In this document: piece by piece, positions 1 to 12,120 of the stretch
How the letters are laid out: every line of letters starts with the position of its first letter
Numbering within the stretch: the stretch's first letter is position 1
NCBI GenBank assembly: GCA_008632985.1
Contig: QPGO01000068.1
Location: 62,001-126,000, forward strand
Length of the DNA: 64,000 bases
From: Psammoneis japonica
Lineage: Eukaryota
Direction of reading: 5' to 3'
Notes under the pieces: generated by a model
What the model was told of the DNA's origin: nothing
Databases searched by the model: none
Seen by the model: only the letters and a program-made list of their open reading frames with translations
Made by a program: the position numbers and the translations under genes

Positions 1-3000
1 TGGTCAGAATTGCACATCACAAACTTGGCAAGTGCTTGGCAGCCCTCAATCTTTTTGCACTCACACAAACTGCTGCGAGGGTCTGAGATCCTTTCTGTTG
101 CCCTTGCAAACCCTTGCAAAGTCTGTGAAATGGCATCTTACAAAAATGTCAGAAATGATGTGACTTTCTGATTTTTGACATCTCTGAGATTGCCCCTGGT
201 TTTTCATTCATTGTGGTGAGAGCTGTGAGATGTGCAGATTCTTGCTGCAATTTTTTTCACCTCCACAGCAAAAGGCATGTTCTCACAAGCACTGGCAACA
301 GCACTGACAGAAAATGCAAATGTTGGCCATGCTCATGCAAACTCGCCATGTTTTTTTTTGTCATTGTCTGCCAGAGGTTCTCAATGCATTGGTGGCAAGG
401 AGACCAAGGGGGGGAGAGGCCAGAAGTTGTTGCTGTTTTGTGCTGGCACATCATTGATGGCATTGAACAAAGAGAATCATCACACAAGCACTCTCATGCA
501 AGGTGCGCTCTTTGGGGCCTGTGCAACATGCTGAGTGCTTCCTTGCTCACAGGAGAATTTGCAGCTGTGTTTAGAGTGCCTCCCCACATGCCATGGAACA
601 TCTGCAAACTGCATTGCACCCACATTTTAAGCCCACCAACAGAGTGAAAAGGTGAAAATTGGTTGCATGGGTGCTGCACAGCATTGTTTTTTGGGTGCTC
701 TCATGTTTTCTTTTGGCGCGCATCACATGTGGTGTGTAGAGGGCACTTTGTTTGCTTTTTCAAAGCTTTTGTTGAAGCCAATGTTGGCACTGTTTTTGAT
801 TTCCTGCTGCAGAGCCAGAGCTGCAATGCATGGCATGTCAACTTTTAAGAACCAAGAGCAGCCTTCCTGATTTGTGTTTGGGGTGCTCACACGGCACAGG
901 AGCTCACATGCCAGGTGGCAACAAATGCAAGAATCCAATGTTGCTCATCAACCACAAGGGTTTTCCAGCCATCAATGTCCAAGTGCTTGAAAATGCAGCC
1001 CCAAACTGTCAAATGTTGGGCACCCAAGCACTGCAAGAAATGCTTGCCATGGCATTTCTTGGGAGCTGTGCTTGACAGCCAAAAGACAGGAGAATGAAAT
1101 CTGAGTCAAGTGTTGTGTCACAGAGGGGCACTGCTGCCCCTCATTGGATGAGGCTGATGATGGCTGTGGCAGGGCAAATTGGGTTGGGTCAGGCACTGGG
1201 CTTGCAGAGCATGAGCCTCACAAGGATGCCTTTGGCAGCTGTTGTCTGAACAAAGGCTGTCACAGCCAATTTCATTGAGTGCATGTGGGGCAATGTCCAC
1301 CAGAAGTTTGGATGTGTTTGTGTGCCTCCATTGTGCAGGTGCCCCATGGTGATTCAAGCACTTGTTCATCTGAACAATTTTGGGACACTGGCATTGTTGA
1401 TGACAATGAGCCACACCCCTCCAGTCAACACTGGACCAGATCAGTGCCAACAGGGTGAGCCACTTCTGCAGCAATGTCTTGTTCTTGCATGAATTGAGAA
1501 GGGAGCTGGTGGGATTTGGCAGGATCTCTGCACGAAGTCTTGCTTTTGTGCAGTGAAAAGAGTGCTCAATCCCAGAACACAAACCCTTGGCACAACAACT
1601 CATGGTGGCTGCCAAAATGAAATGATCAGAAGGTGTGTTTGCTTGGACAAGGCCTCCATTTGCTTCAACAACTTTGCCAAAAAAAAGGAACTTGGCACAC
1701 AGCTGTGGTGTTGCGCGCACATGTCAATGCCAACTTAGATCTGCTTCTTGAGTTTTGAGGTGCAAAAACAACAGCAGTGATGTTGGAAAGCACTGGTTTT
1801 GCTTGTGGATGACAATGTTGTTGCCACTCTTGTCTCTGTTGCAAAACATGCAGTGCTTCTGGAGCAAACCAGGGTGGCCTTTTGGCAAAGGTGCTGGAGG
1901 GCTCTTTGTAGAGCAGAGGGTTGCTGAGAATCTCAATGACTCAAGAATCCTCTGCTGGGCTCCAGCTCTTGGAAGTGCTGAAGGGTTGCTTGTCAATGTG
2001 TGCTCTTTCCTGCAGGAAGATGCAGCACTGCATTGTCGGAGGATTCTTCAAGCTCCCAGATTTTCCTGCAAACACACACACACACTTGTGGCAAAGATCT
2101 CTGAAGCCAGATGCTTTGAAAGATGTGGCACTCTCATCTGCAAGCATCTGCTCTTCTGTTGACAGCTCTTTGGCACCACAACCATGGATGGCCAAGAACA
2201 GCCTTTGGTCAAACGAGAGGGACTTTTCTTGTCACATGGCATGCCACCAGTGTGACTGTCTTGTGTTGGCGGCACTTGGTTGGCATCATTGGCAATGCTG
2301 TGATTTGAAAACAACATGGCATTGTAGATTTTTGCACTCATTCTTTGTTTTTGTTGAGCATGTCTGCTTGTGATGCACTTGGTCTCAGGGTGGATTGGAT
2401 TGTGCTTGCCACATCTGTGCATGAAGGGTCTGCATGATTGCAAACTTGCCAGCTCAGTTTCTGCAAGGAAAACACAGGAAAAGCCATCATGTGCCCCTTG
2501 GTGCTTTTGTCAAAATGTCCATCCATGAGGTTTGCAGGATTTGCAAGGGTGGTGGTTGGGGCCTGGCTCAGTGCCACACATGTTGTCACCCAGCTGCTCC
2601 ACAGTCACATGGACTTGAGAGCTTGTGTGCACAAGTCAGAGCTGGAAAATCATTGGAGCACAGGTGTGCTGGCACCATGCTGCTGATGGTGGACATGCCC
2701 AGACCATGGTGGTGCCTGGCAACACCATCCAAGTGGATGGAAAGCTGGGCATGGCCAGGATGATGGGTTTGCAATGCATGTTCTTGTGAAGGGCAGTTGT
2801 GGAGCAGGAGCACAACAAATGTGTGTAAGACCAGTTCCCAGAACAAGGTGTTCAGCCAAAAGACATGCAACTTTGTGAAGTTGCAAGGTGCAAGCTTCAA
2901 GTGGCTTCTTTCATTTGACAATTGACAGCAGCTGGGGCTCAGGATCACAGAAATCAAAAGCATGACAGTGGGGACTCCTGCCATGACCATGACATCATCC

Positions 3001-6000
3001 AATGCACAGAATCATCTGACAAACTTTCCATGCAGCCAAGTAAAAAAGATGTCAGAGGATGCTTGATTTCATGCAAAGTGCAGGCTGAAACAACTGAATT
3101 GTGCTGGTGTTTTGGAGTCAAAAGTTGCAAAGAAGAGTGTTGGAGCATTCACAAAAATCATCATCATCTTTGGGGTCAGCCATCTGTTCAGCCAGGACAG
3201 GCATGGTTCAGCTGTGTGGCAGCATCTCTCTTTTGGCCAACAGAGCAGGAGTGAAAGCCACAGAAGCAGTCAGAGGGGTGGTGGCCAAAGACTCTCAAAC
3301 AGGAGTGCACTGCACACCACAGAAAATGAGCTGGTCAGGGTCAGAGGGGCCATCTGACAGGGGAGCAGCAGTTTGCTCCAATGTTTGGGGACCAAAGGAA
3401 GCTCCTGAGAGATGGGTTCAACAGCAGTGGAAAGATCCACTGAGGTGCTGGCATCAGACTTGGAAGAGCATTTGCCAGTGTGCTCAGAAGATGGGTTGCC
3501 TTGACACATGCCAACCTTGCCCATTCCCCATCAGTGCACTTCAATTCCAGACTGCATGGCCTCAACATTGGCGCCAGCATCGCTGGTGTTGGCAAAACAC
3601 CAGACAGGCTCAGAAGGTTTCTTTTTCTTGGGAGCACACTGCTGGCTCTTGCCTTGTGTGCACCAGCAACTTGGGGTTGTCTTTTTCTGACCCACTTTGC
3701 ACTCTGCACTGTTCCTTGAATGCAGCAGAACAAAAAGCGCACCCTCGCTTGGCATGAGTCTTGTTGACAAAACCAAGAATGCCAACAGGGCCAAGTTCCA
3801 AGCAATTGGAATTCTTTGGGGCTTCAGCAGGGGGGGGGGGGTCATGGGGAGACAATTGTTTTGCTCCAACTGCTTGAAAAGGTCCAACTTGACAAAAACT
3901 TTGGTTTTGAAGAGCTCAGCCAGAGAAAGCACTGGATGTGCCTTGGACAAAACACCCATCTGCACGCAATCTTGACAAGACTTGAGGCTGCAGATGCAAG
4001 CTTGGTGCAATCCTGGTGGGAGTTGAGGAACAGTGCTGCTGGCTTCTTCTCCTCAGCTGAGTTGATGTCACTGGGGCACTTGCACAGGATGCATCCAGCA
4101 GCACCATCACAAAAAAGACAGATCCCAGGAGGTCTGCTCTTGCAGCATGTGATTGAGCTTGAGACCTCAATCTTTTCACAAAACAATGTTTCCTTGTTTT
4201 GCAGCTTGTTCACAAGGAGTTGAGAGAGATGGGCATCACATCAATCTCATGCTCATCACAAGCTTTGCTGCCAGGAGCTGCAGGATGATCTCTTTGCACT
4301 CTCTCTCAAGACCTCCCTGCACTGCAGAAAAGCATGAAGGTGAGGTCAAACAGATGCACAACTTTTCCATCAAATTTTTTGAGTTGACAAAAGGTTCTTG
4401 TCTGCACAGCTCAACAAGGTCTTGGATGGTCTTTGCAAAATGACCCTTGTTTCCAGCTTTTTGCAGTTGGTCCAAAGGAATGTGCTCAATCAAATCAGCA
4501 GGCTTTGGATGACAATGCTGTGTTGTGCAGTGGCAGCAGGCATGAGTGTTGATCTGCTTGTGCTGGTTGTCCAACAAAGAACCTTTTCCCACCACCACAA
4601 GCAGGTGCACTGGAAAACTTGGCAAGGGGTCAATGGGGGGGCATTTGCAGAGTCACCAAGTCTGTGACAAACTGATCCTTGAGGATTTCTAGATTTGCTC
4701 CAGCAACAAAATGACCATCAGCAGACCTGCTGCTGGGTGGGGATTCAACACAGATGAGCTGTCACAGAGGGACAGGAGCAGCACAACACAGATGAGCAAT
4801 TTGCACAACACACACAGATGACATTGCTGTGCTCCTCAGGCAGTGTCATCAAAAAGATGTGGGTTTGTTCCAGCTCTGCTGTGGGTGGGACCTCATGCTG
4901 CTGGGCTGTGACAACACATTGACATTTTTTGTCATGCAGTGCACACGTCATGCACAAACATTTCTGCATGACTTTGGCAGCATTTTGCGTCATTTTGCAG
5001 TGCAACCATTGAGTGATTCATTCAACAACTTTTGATGTTTTTTCATCTGCAGAGTGGACAGCCTGCTGAGTTTCATTCCTGACATGCAATTGAAAATTTC
5101 AACACATTTCTGCATGTGGCAGTTTCTCATGCATGCTTGCATGCATCGCAAGCTCTGCTGCAAGCTCTCTCCAACAAGGGAACAGCACAAAGCATGAAGA
5201 CATTGCAACAGAGAGAGGGGCAGTGCTGACACTCTTCAAACACAAAGCAAAAATGCCAACAAGACTTTGTCATTGCACAATGCACAGATGGTTGGCCGAC
5301 CAATGGACAAATTGAATCTCACTCAAAGCTGGTCAGAAAGCCTCAATGGACAGCATGACAACTGTTTGGATGTTGTTGAGTCACCTGCAGTGCCCACTTT
5401 AAACCATTCTCAAATGACAACCACAGCCAACTCCTCTCTGCTGACATTTCTGACAGTTTTTCCACCAACTGGCCCAGCTCTGCCAATGCTCTCTGCAGCA
5501 GAAGAGCAAATGGCAAGACTTCCAGATGCCTCCAACAAGGTCAGTGTGTTGTCACAATTCCAGCGCCAGCCACTGCACATTGTTTTGATGGGTCCAATGG
5601 CATCTGTTCATGTTGAAGAAACATGCCCTTCTAACTTGGTCACAGCCGGCCATTGACTTGAACCAACTGCCAGCAATCTTTTGAGAAGGCCCGCAGCAAG
5701 TGAGACATGACACAGCATTGCCGTTGTGAGCATGGCATGTGCAGGGCAGGATGCAGGACAAATTTGAGTGAGCCAATGGGTCCAACTGCCATTTTAGCAC
5801 ACATGCACACCAAATCTTGTGTGGAAAAACATGCAAATTTTTTTGAACTGGCACACCAAAAATGAACTCCACAAGCTCAAAAATTTTGAGTGTCTCAAGA
5901 GGGCATTCCAGAGATCACCTGGCACACTTTTTGCACAAGGAAACTGCACACCAGAGCCTGCATGCATTTCCACCACACCATGCCACAGAAAACAGAAAGT

Positions 6001-7620
6001 GCTGCAATCTGTGGCTGGTGCTGAGCAAAATGTGATGAGATCCGCCAGATGCTGGTTGCTTGCAGAGCTCATTCCACTGGCTCAAACAATGCAAATGAGC
6101 TGAAGGTGGCTTGCAAGTTTCCTCTGTGATGGAACACACAAGCTTCTTTTTTTTCCATTCTGAAAGCTCTGAGTGCAGTTGACTGTCAAGGAGCATGCCA
6201 CACATCATTTGGCTTCTGGCTGGTTGCACAAAAATCATGACACCAGGGAGCCAACAAATGAGGAAAACAACAAGCACAAGATTTCTGGCTTCTGAACTGT
6301 TTTGCATCCAAAAGACTGCATCCACAACTTCAGAGCCACCATGATGCACCAGTCTGCCAAGTCCAACTCCACATTGCCATGTGGAGGCAGGCTGAGCTCT
6401 TGCAAAAAATGTGCAATGACAGATCCAAGCTCTCTTGAGAGCTTGTGAAAGTTTGGATGCCACAGCTTGAAGTCACCACATTTGTTGTGAACTCATGCTT
6501 GTGCCATGGTGCCTTTCACACACTTCACCTTGTTTGACAGATTGCCGTGGCCATCTTGCTGCAGAAGCAACATTTCTGTGGAGGAAATTTGTCTCAGGGG
6601 CAGCCCACAATGAGAGAGACTCACAGAACAAAACAACAACATGGAAAAAAAAAACACACACGCAAGTTGAAATGACGCAAATGTGAAAAGCCTCAACAAA
6701 ATAAACCATGTCATGAGTGGCAACTCATGAGGTCTTCCACAGCACAACAAAAATGACATCACAGACACCTTTTCAGCTCAAAATTTTGCCACAATCTGCC
6801 CATGTCAACCTGGGTGTTCTTGAGCTCATCTTGTCTCTTGTGGTGCAATCCGTGCACCAAATTTTGTTGAGAGGATTCAAGCAAGAAGTGCCTTGGCAAT
6901 GATTGGATTTTTGAAGCTAGCAAAATCAAAATGCAGTTGTCCACATCATTGTTTTGCACATTGTTTTGAGCTGCAAGCCAAAAAAATTCCAACACTGTCC
7001 CACAGGGCGAAATGTGTGCTGAATCTGCACCAACTCCGGGTTTTTGCACCAGGCAGCACAGAAGAAAGTGAGTGGGCTGATGACTCCACTGGAGCACGGC
7101 TTGAGAGACACAGCTGCAGCATTGCAAATGCAGTTGTTCATTTGGATCTCAAAGGCAAATGGGGTTCTGGAATGCGCTGGCGACAGCAGCAAACTCTGCC
7201 ACAAAACTGACAGCACCAGTGCATTGCATTGAGGTTGAAGCCACTTTGGATGATGCAAGCTTTTGTGTGGGTGTGTGAAAGATGATGGTGGGCACCTCTC
7301 TCAAGGTTGCAAAATGCAGCACAGAGGATGGCAGATGTGCGCAGCAGCAGCGCACGCGTGCATGTGCTTTGTTTTGTGACAGTGCTTTTTTCCAGGAGAG
7401 ATTGTTTTGCTTGTCCCCACTCTCCTCTTGACAAGATGCTCAGGTGACACAACCCACAGCCCACTGGCTTGGCAGCAGTTGAGAAGAGTGCTGCACTGCT
7501 CTCTGGCTTGATGCGTCACACCATGACCACATGCCACCACACACAGCGGTGCAATGCTGTTGCTGGTGTGTGCTGCTGGCAACCAGCTTTGATGTTTGTT
7601 GATTTGTTGTCTTTTGCACC
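1..7620 (-). mobile_element. Heavily degenerate non-LTR retrotransposon (LINE with RT and RNase H, resembling the diatom Ambal-like type)
   Basis: Minus-strand fragments occur in LINE ORF2 order: RT-like LELKCTDGEWARL (~3.5 kb), VARHHHGLGMST (~2.7 kb; cf. GPxxYGGLG), ELASLQSCRPFMH (~2.45 kb; cf. LxxxNRCRLYL), RNase H-like PSALPRAGAQQRIL..HCMFCNRDKS (~1.9 kb), and WSSVDWRG..KIVQMNKCL (~1.4 kb). There are many frameshifts, and TpA and CpG are almost absent. Ends are approximate and other repeats may be included. Confidence 0.55.
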
Positions 7621-8069
7621 CAGGCAGTCAACCAAACAATTGCCCAATTGCAATCGATTTGATCGCGATCGAATTGCAATCTGGATTTCACTCGAATCAG
7701 TGATTTAAATTCATGACGAAAAAGGAATGGAACTTTTGGCTTTTAGCCTCACAAGTAAGCACCCCCGCGGCTCTTCCTTTCGTTTGATTGGCAAACGTCA
7801 GCGACAATTATGGAAATGACGAGGCTTTTGCAAATTCACCGAGAAACAGCCTGCTTGTGTCATCCGGTACTGGCATCGTATCTGTATGAGATTCTACATA
7901 CACACTGTCACACGTCATTCTCCAGTACAATAATGACATCATTCGCCGCATCCGGCGGGCGCAGCGAAAGGTTCTCCGTTGATCCTACGAGCACGCACGG
8001 TATGTACCCAAACGATGCACAGAAAACGTCGAAAAGCACTCTGAAAGTTCTGAGGCGAAAACGACAACG

Positions 8070-10077
8070 ATGAGCCTCGAAAGTCCATGGAAGCGAAGGC
8101 CTTCTGAGCTTTGGGGAAAGCAGCCAAGGACTGTATATGTGACAATACCAGATGGGGCATCGAAAAGCGGCCCACATAGAGCGACGCTTTTTCGCAAAAG
8201 GAGCAACATGTCTGTCGTCACGTTGGACGAAAGCCTGCACAAGAAATCACTTCCAAAAGACAGTTCAGTAAATTCTGTAACAACGAAATCGACAGAAGCA
8301 ACAACAGTGTGTCCAGAGAGCGTAGTGCATTGGGGTGAAGTGCACATTAGGGAATACGCACGAATATTAGGAGACAACCCGGTGAGTTCTCATTGGTGCG
8401 AGGGAGAATTTCCTCAGCCCAAAGTCTACTCTGGAAGTCCTTACTTTTCGAGCTAATCGCGTTTCATTGTTCTACTTATGTTATATGTTATAGTCGTGTA
8501 CGGCTGGTCCACCCATTGGGTAAGTTCATTTGACGGCGCATTCTGCCGGATCATCATTGCCCCTGCGCGTTCCGTGGTTTTCGACGGAGGTTGCTCGGGG
8601 TGACGTGACGTGAGAGTTCGCCGTTTCTACGGCAGGTCTGCGTAGCCTCCCGTACTACTCTTCGCACCTTCACCTCCGGGTGCCTCGCGCATCAGCCTCA
8701 TTTTTCTCACTCTTGCTCTTTTTCATGTGATGTTGTTGCTTCAGAATTGGATGGCCACATGGAGAGACTGTGGTTCTCTCCGTTGACAGACACGAGGCAT
8801 CTCGACCTCCCCGAAGAACAACAACAGAGATGTTGTTACCCAGAGAGGTTCGTGAGGAGATGCTCTTGAATGAGTGGGGTGTACCTCGATCGAAAATGGC
8901 GGCTGCAATTCGGGAGAACGTAAAAGCTAAGAGTCGAAGACGTCAAACCGTAACAAACATGAATGAGAGGACGGAGCATTTTGAAATCTTTGTTGAAAGT
9001 GCCGCTAGAAAACTAAAGCGACTGGTGAAGTTCAAGCGAAGTCCCTCTCGAGAAACGAAGGAGATGCAGAAACAGGCAGAGAGAGCTGCCGCTTCGGTAA
9101 TCGAAACACTTTCCTGTTCTTCTTTTGACCCTGACGACTTTCCCTCGGAGGATTTCAGTGGTTTGTTCTCTGTGGCTTCGACCCAGAGTCTACCGCCGGC
9201 TCTATTTGACGCTTCTTCTTGCGACAATTCTTCCACCGCACAAATGTCTGTTGTATCAGAGGCCGACAAGGCGTCTGGCTTCGTTGCCAGCATCGACAGT
9301 TTCGACATTACCGATGAGTATATACAGGATCCCGACTTGGAATCTGTCGCCGATGAGCCGAAAGAAGCTGCGGAGGCGGAAGGAGATTTGAGAACTGAAA
9401 AGGGCGACTTGGAGCCAAAATCATCGCTGGTGGCCGCAGAGCACACAGAGAGTTCAGAACCAAACAACTCGGAGCCAGAAAAGACGCTTTTGACTGTAGA
9501 GCCCACCGAGAGTCCAGAAACCTCAAACGAAGAGATGGGAATGCGATTCTCTGCCAACAAGGAGGAGAAGGAAATAGGGTCGGATGAAAGCCCGCTTGTC
9601 AAGAGTCAGTCAGAGAAGGGACGGAGGAAAAAGACAAGCAAAACTTGCGAGGAAGCGACGTCGACACTCGATCAATTCAACCCTGAGAAGGAAAAAGAGT
9701 TTGTAATAGAGAAGAGTAATGTGAATATGGACGAAAGAATAGATGAAGAGGGAAAGGAGGAAACGGAGATCCAGCGAGTTGCAAAATCACGCTCCCGATC
9801 GAAACGAAGATCAAAAAGAGACAAGGATCGCAGTCGTGTAAGAAGGTCAGACAGTGACGTCGAGAAGAAAAGAAGGTCCGACAAAGACAAGAAGAAAAGC
9901 AGTCGCACCCGAGAATCGAGCCGTCAACACGCTGATGGCAGCTCCGAAGAACGTGCGACCAGTGCTCGGGAGAAGGAGGAGGAGTCGACGAAGCCACCGA
10001 GAACGAGGCGTCCTATTGTCATCAGTGAACATGGCTGCGAAGAGACGGTAGCCAAGCTTCGATGGTCAAACTCATAA
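8070..10077 (+). CDS. Hypothetical protein of a diatom-type family (VHWGEVHIREYARILGDNP-SCTAGPPIGIGW motif) with a long charged low-complexity tail
   Basis: Exons 8070-8381, 8494-8519 and 8745-10077 join in frame through GT-AG introns. The true start may be ~7934 if a one-base frameshift near 8045 is an assembly error. Confidence 0.75.
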
Positions 10078-10582
10078 ATTTATGTAAATATTCAATTTCA
10101 TGCTAGTTTTTGTGGGTCGCTTCCGTTTGGACGGCGACCGCGGCGCAGACAGTACGTACCATACGGCTTGGCCATTTTGATTTCAAAGAGAGATTCTTGC
10201 TCATGGCTCACTGATTGGGCTTGTGCGTGCTGGATGAGAGGTCTTGTACCGGTACTCGCTCGTACTCGGCCAGAAGGTCGCCGGTAGCCTTACAAGGTCT
10301 TCTCCACATTTGTTTTTTTTATTGCCAGCAACGTAAACGTCGATCGAGAGAGCATCTGATCGTCGCCAATGCCTAAGTTTCGTTCAAGAGCGCACCAGAT
10401 ATTATAAAGAAAACAAACAATAGAATATCTCTTACATTCGATCACATGGTTATGAAGCTACCGTACAAAACGGCGGACACGATAGAAAACAACGGAAACT
10501 TCGTTGAACTGGTATTTCGTGGTCAAACTGAGTATCAGTGGGCTCAGATGTAAGTCCGCCTACAACTTTTATGAAAAATACG

Positions 10583-11547
10583 TTATTCCTTCTTGTCTTT
10601 CAGCTCTTGTTCGAGTTTGATAAAGTCATTGGAAGAGCGACGAGTGGGAAGCTGTGCGTCTCCCCATGACCGATTGACGATTCGACCTCTTTTGACTCCC
10701 TCTCGTTCCCCTATCGCTTTTGCCCAGGCCAAACATTCCTGTACTCATGTACTTGGAGAAACTCATCGGATCCGCTGTAAGACGTTCCCAGCACTAGCGA
10801 GCCGTACCAAGGCCATGCAGCTAAGTCTGCAATGGTAAATGTTTCTCCGCAAAGGTACGGCCCATTTGCCGAAAGGTGTTGATCGAGAACATCCAGTTGT
10901 CGCTTTACTTCCATTGAGTACCGGTCAATGGCGTAGCGAATCTTGATGGGGGCATACGTGTAGAAATGTCCGAAGCCTCCTCCTAGAAAGGGTGCAGATC
11001 CCTGGGTCCACATCAACCAGGAAAGGCATTCGGCTCGCATGGCAGAGCCGGGAGGAGGAAGAAACACGTTCTCTGTATCAAAAGTCTCACACAAGTACAT
11101 CATAATGGCAGCTGTTTCAAATACACGGATCGGCTCGTCCTTTCCGTCTACGTAGTGAAGCAGAGCAGGGATCTTGGAATTCGGATTTGCAGCGACGAAT
11201 CCTGAGGTGAATTGCTCGCCACCGCCAATATCGACTTTGTATGCGTCATACTCAATACCATACAAAAGATTGAGCTCTTCTAATAAGGAAGTGACCTTTA
11301 CACCATTCGGAGTCGCAAGTGAATGTAATTGGAGGTCGTGCTGGCCCCGAGGAAGTTCCTTTGTGATCCTCGCACCGGCGTTTGGTCTGTTGATTGCGCC
11401 CCACTTCCCTCCCTGTGGCTTGAATCTCCAAACTTTTGGCGGTCTGTAGCGAAAGAAGCTTTTAGATACGACAGCTGTTATTGAACTTCCAAGGATGACA
11501 AGAGCAGCAGCAATAGCAGTGTCTTCTAAGGTTCCTGAAAGCGGCAT
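10583..11547 (-). CDS. Glutathione S-transferase, YghU/nu-class thiol-disulfide oxidoreductase type
   Basis: Motifs SLATPNGVKV, NPNSKIPAL, SAPFLGGGFGHFY and TIADLAAWPWYG. The C-terminus (AWAKAIGEREGVKRGRIVNRSWG) continues in another frame after ~10730 to a TAA at 10583-10585. The N-terminus has a hydrophobic segment. Confidence 0.88.
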
Positions 11548-12120
11548 GGTCGTTTTTACGCTCAACTTCTGTCTCTTCCCGCCGCAGTTTCCCGCGCTTT
11601 TTTCATCGCGTCGCGCTCTCTCTTTTGCGCGTCTACTATGTAGCATCGCAGTATGTTTCCTACGAGAATATTAATTGTATACACATTTGTAGGCTTGAAA
11701 TAAGATTATTTGACGCCGGTCCATCGCGGTCGCGCTCGAGAGAAAATCGAAAAAATGCGAGGCAACACACAACGTTTGGCAGCAGTCATTGATAGCAACC
11801 CGTCGCTGCATTTGCCATCACCCGCTTTTCCATTGATTACATACATTAGATTATCAGAACATCGCAAAAGTTTGCGCTCTACCTCGAGGTTGCGACGAAC
11901 ACTGTCATACATCATATATCGTGAGGTACGTGAGTGCGGTTGGATCTGATGATGGATATATTTGTTTTTCTACACTTTGATTAGGAATTTCCTTTTTCAT
12001 ATTCAATTTCAATAAGGCGTCTCTCATATTTTTTTATTTATCAATTTTCCTCAAATTCTCAGATCGCGTGATTCACCCTGTAGGTCGAAGGTGTGACGCG
12101 TGTATTGACTCCTTTCGACC

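Noticed and set aside
1..7620. Dozens of overlapping Cys/His/Gln-rich ORFs in all six frames (also at 35-45 kb and 47-63 kb)
   Set aside because: These are an artefact of TpA loss, which removes TAA/TAG stops and enriches TGY/CAY/CAR codons; they are not genes or metal-binding proteins.
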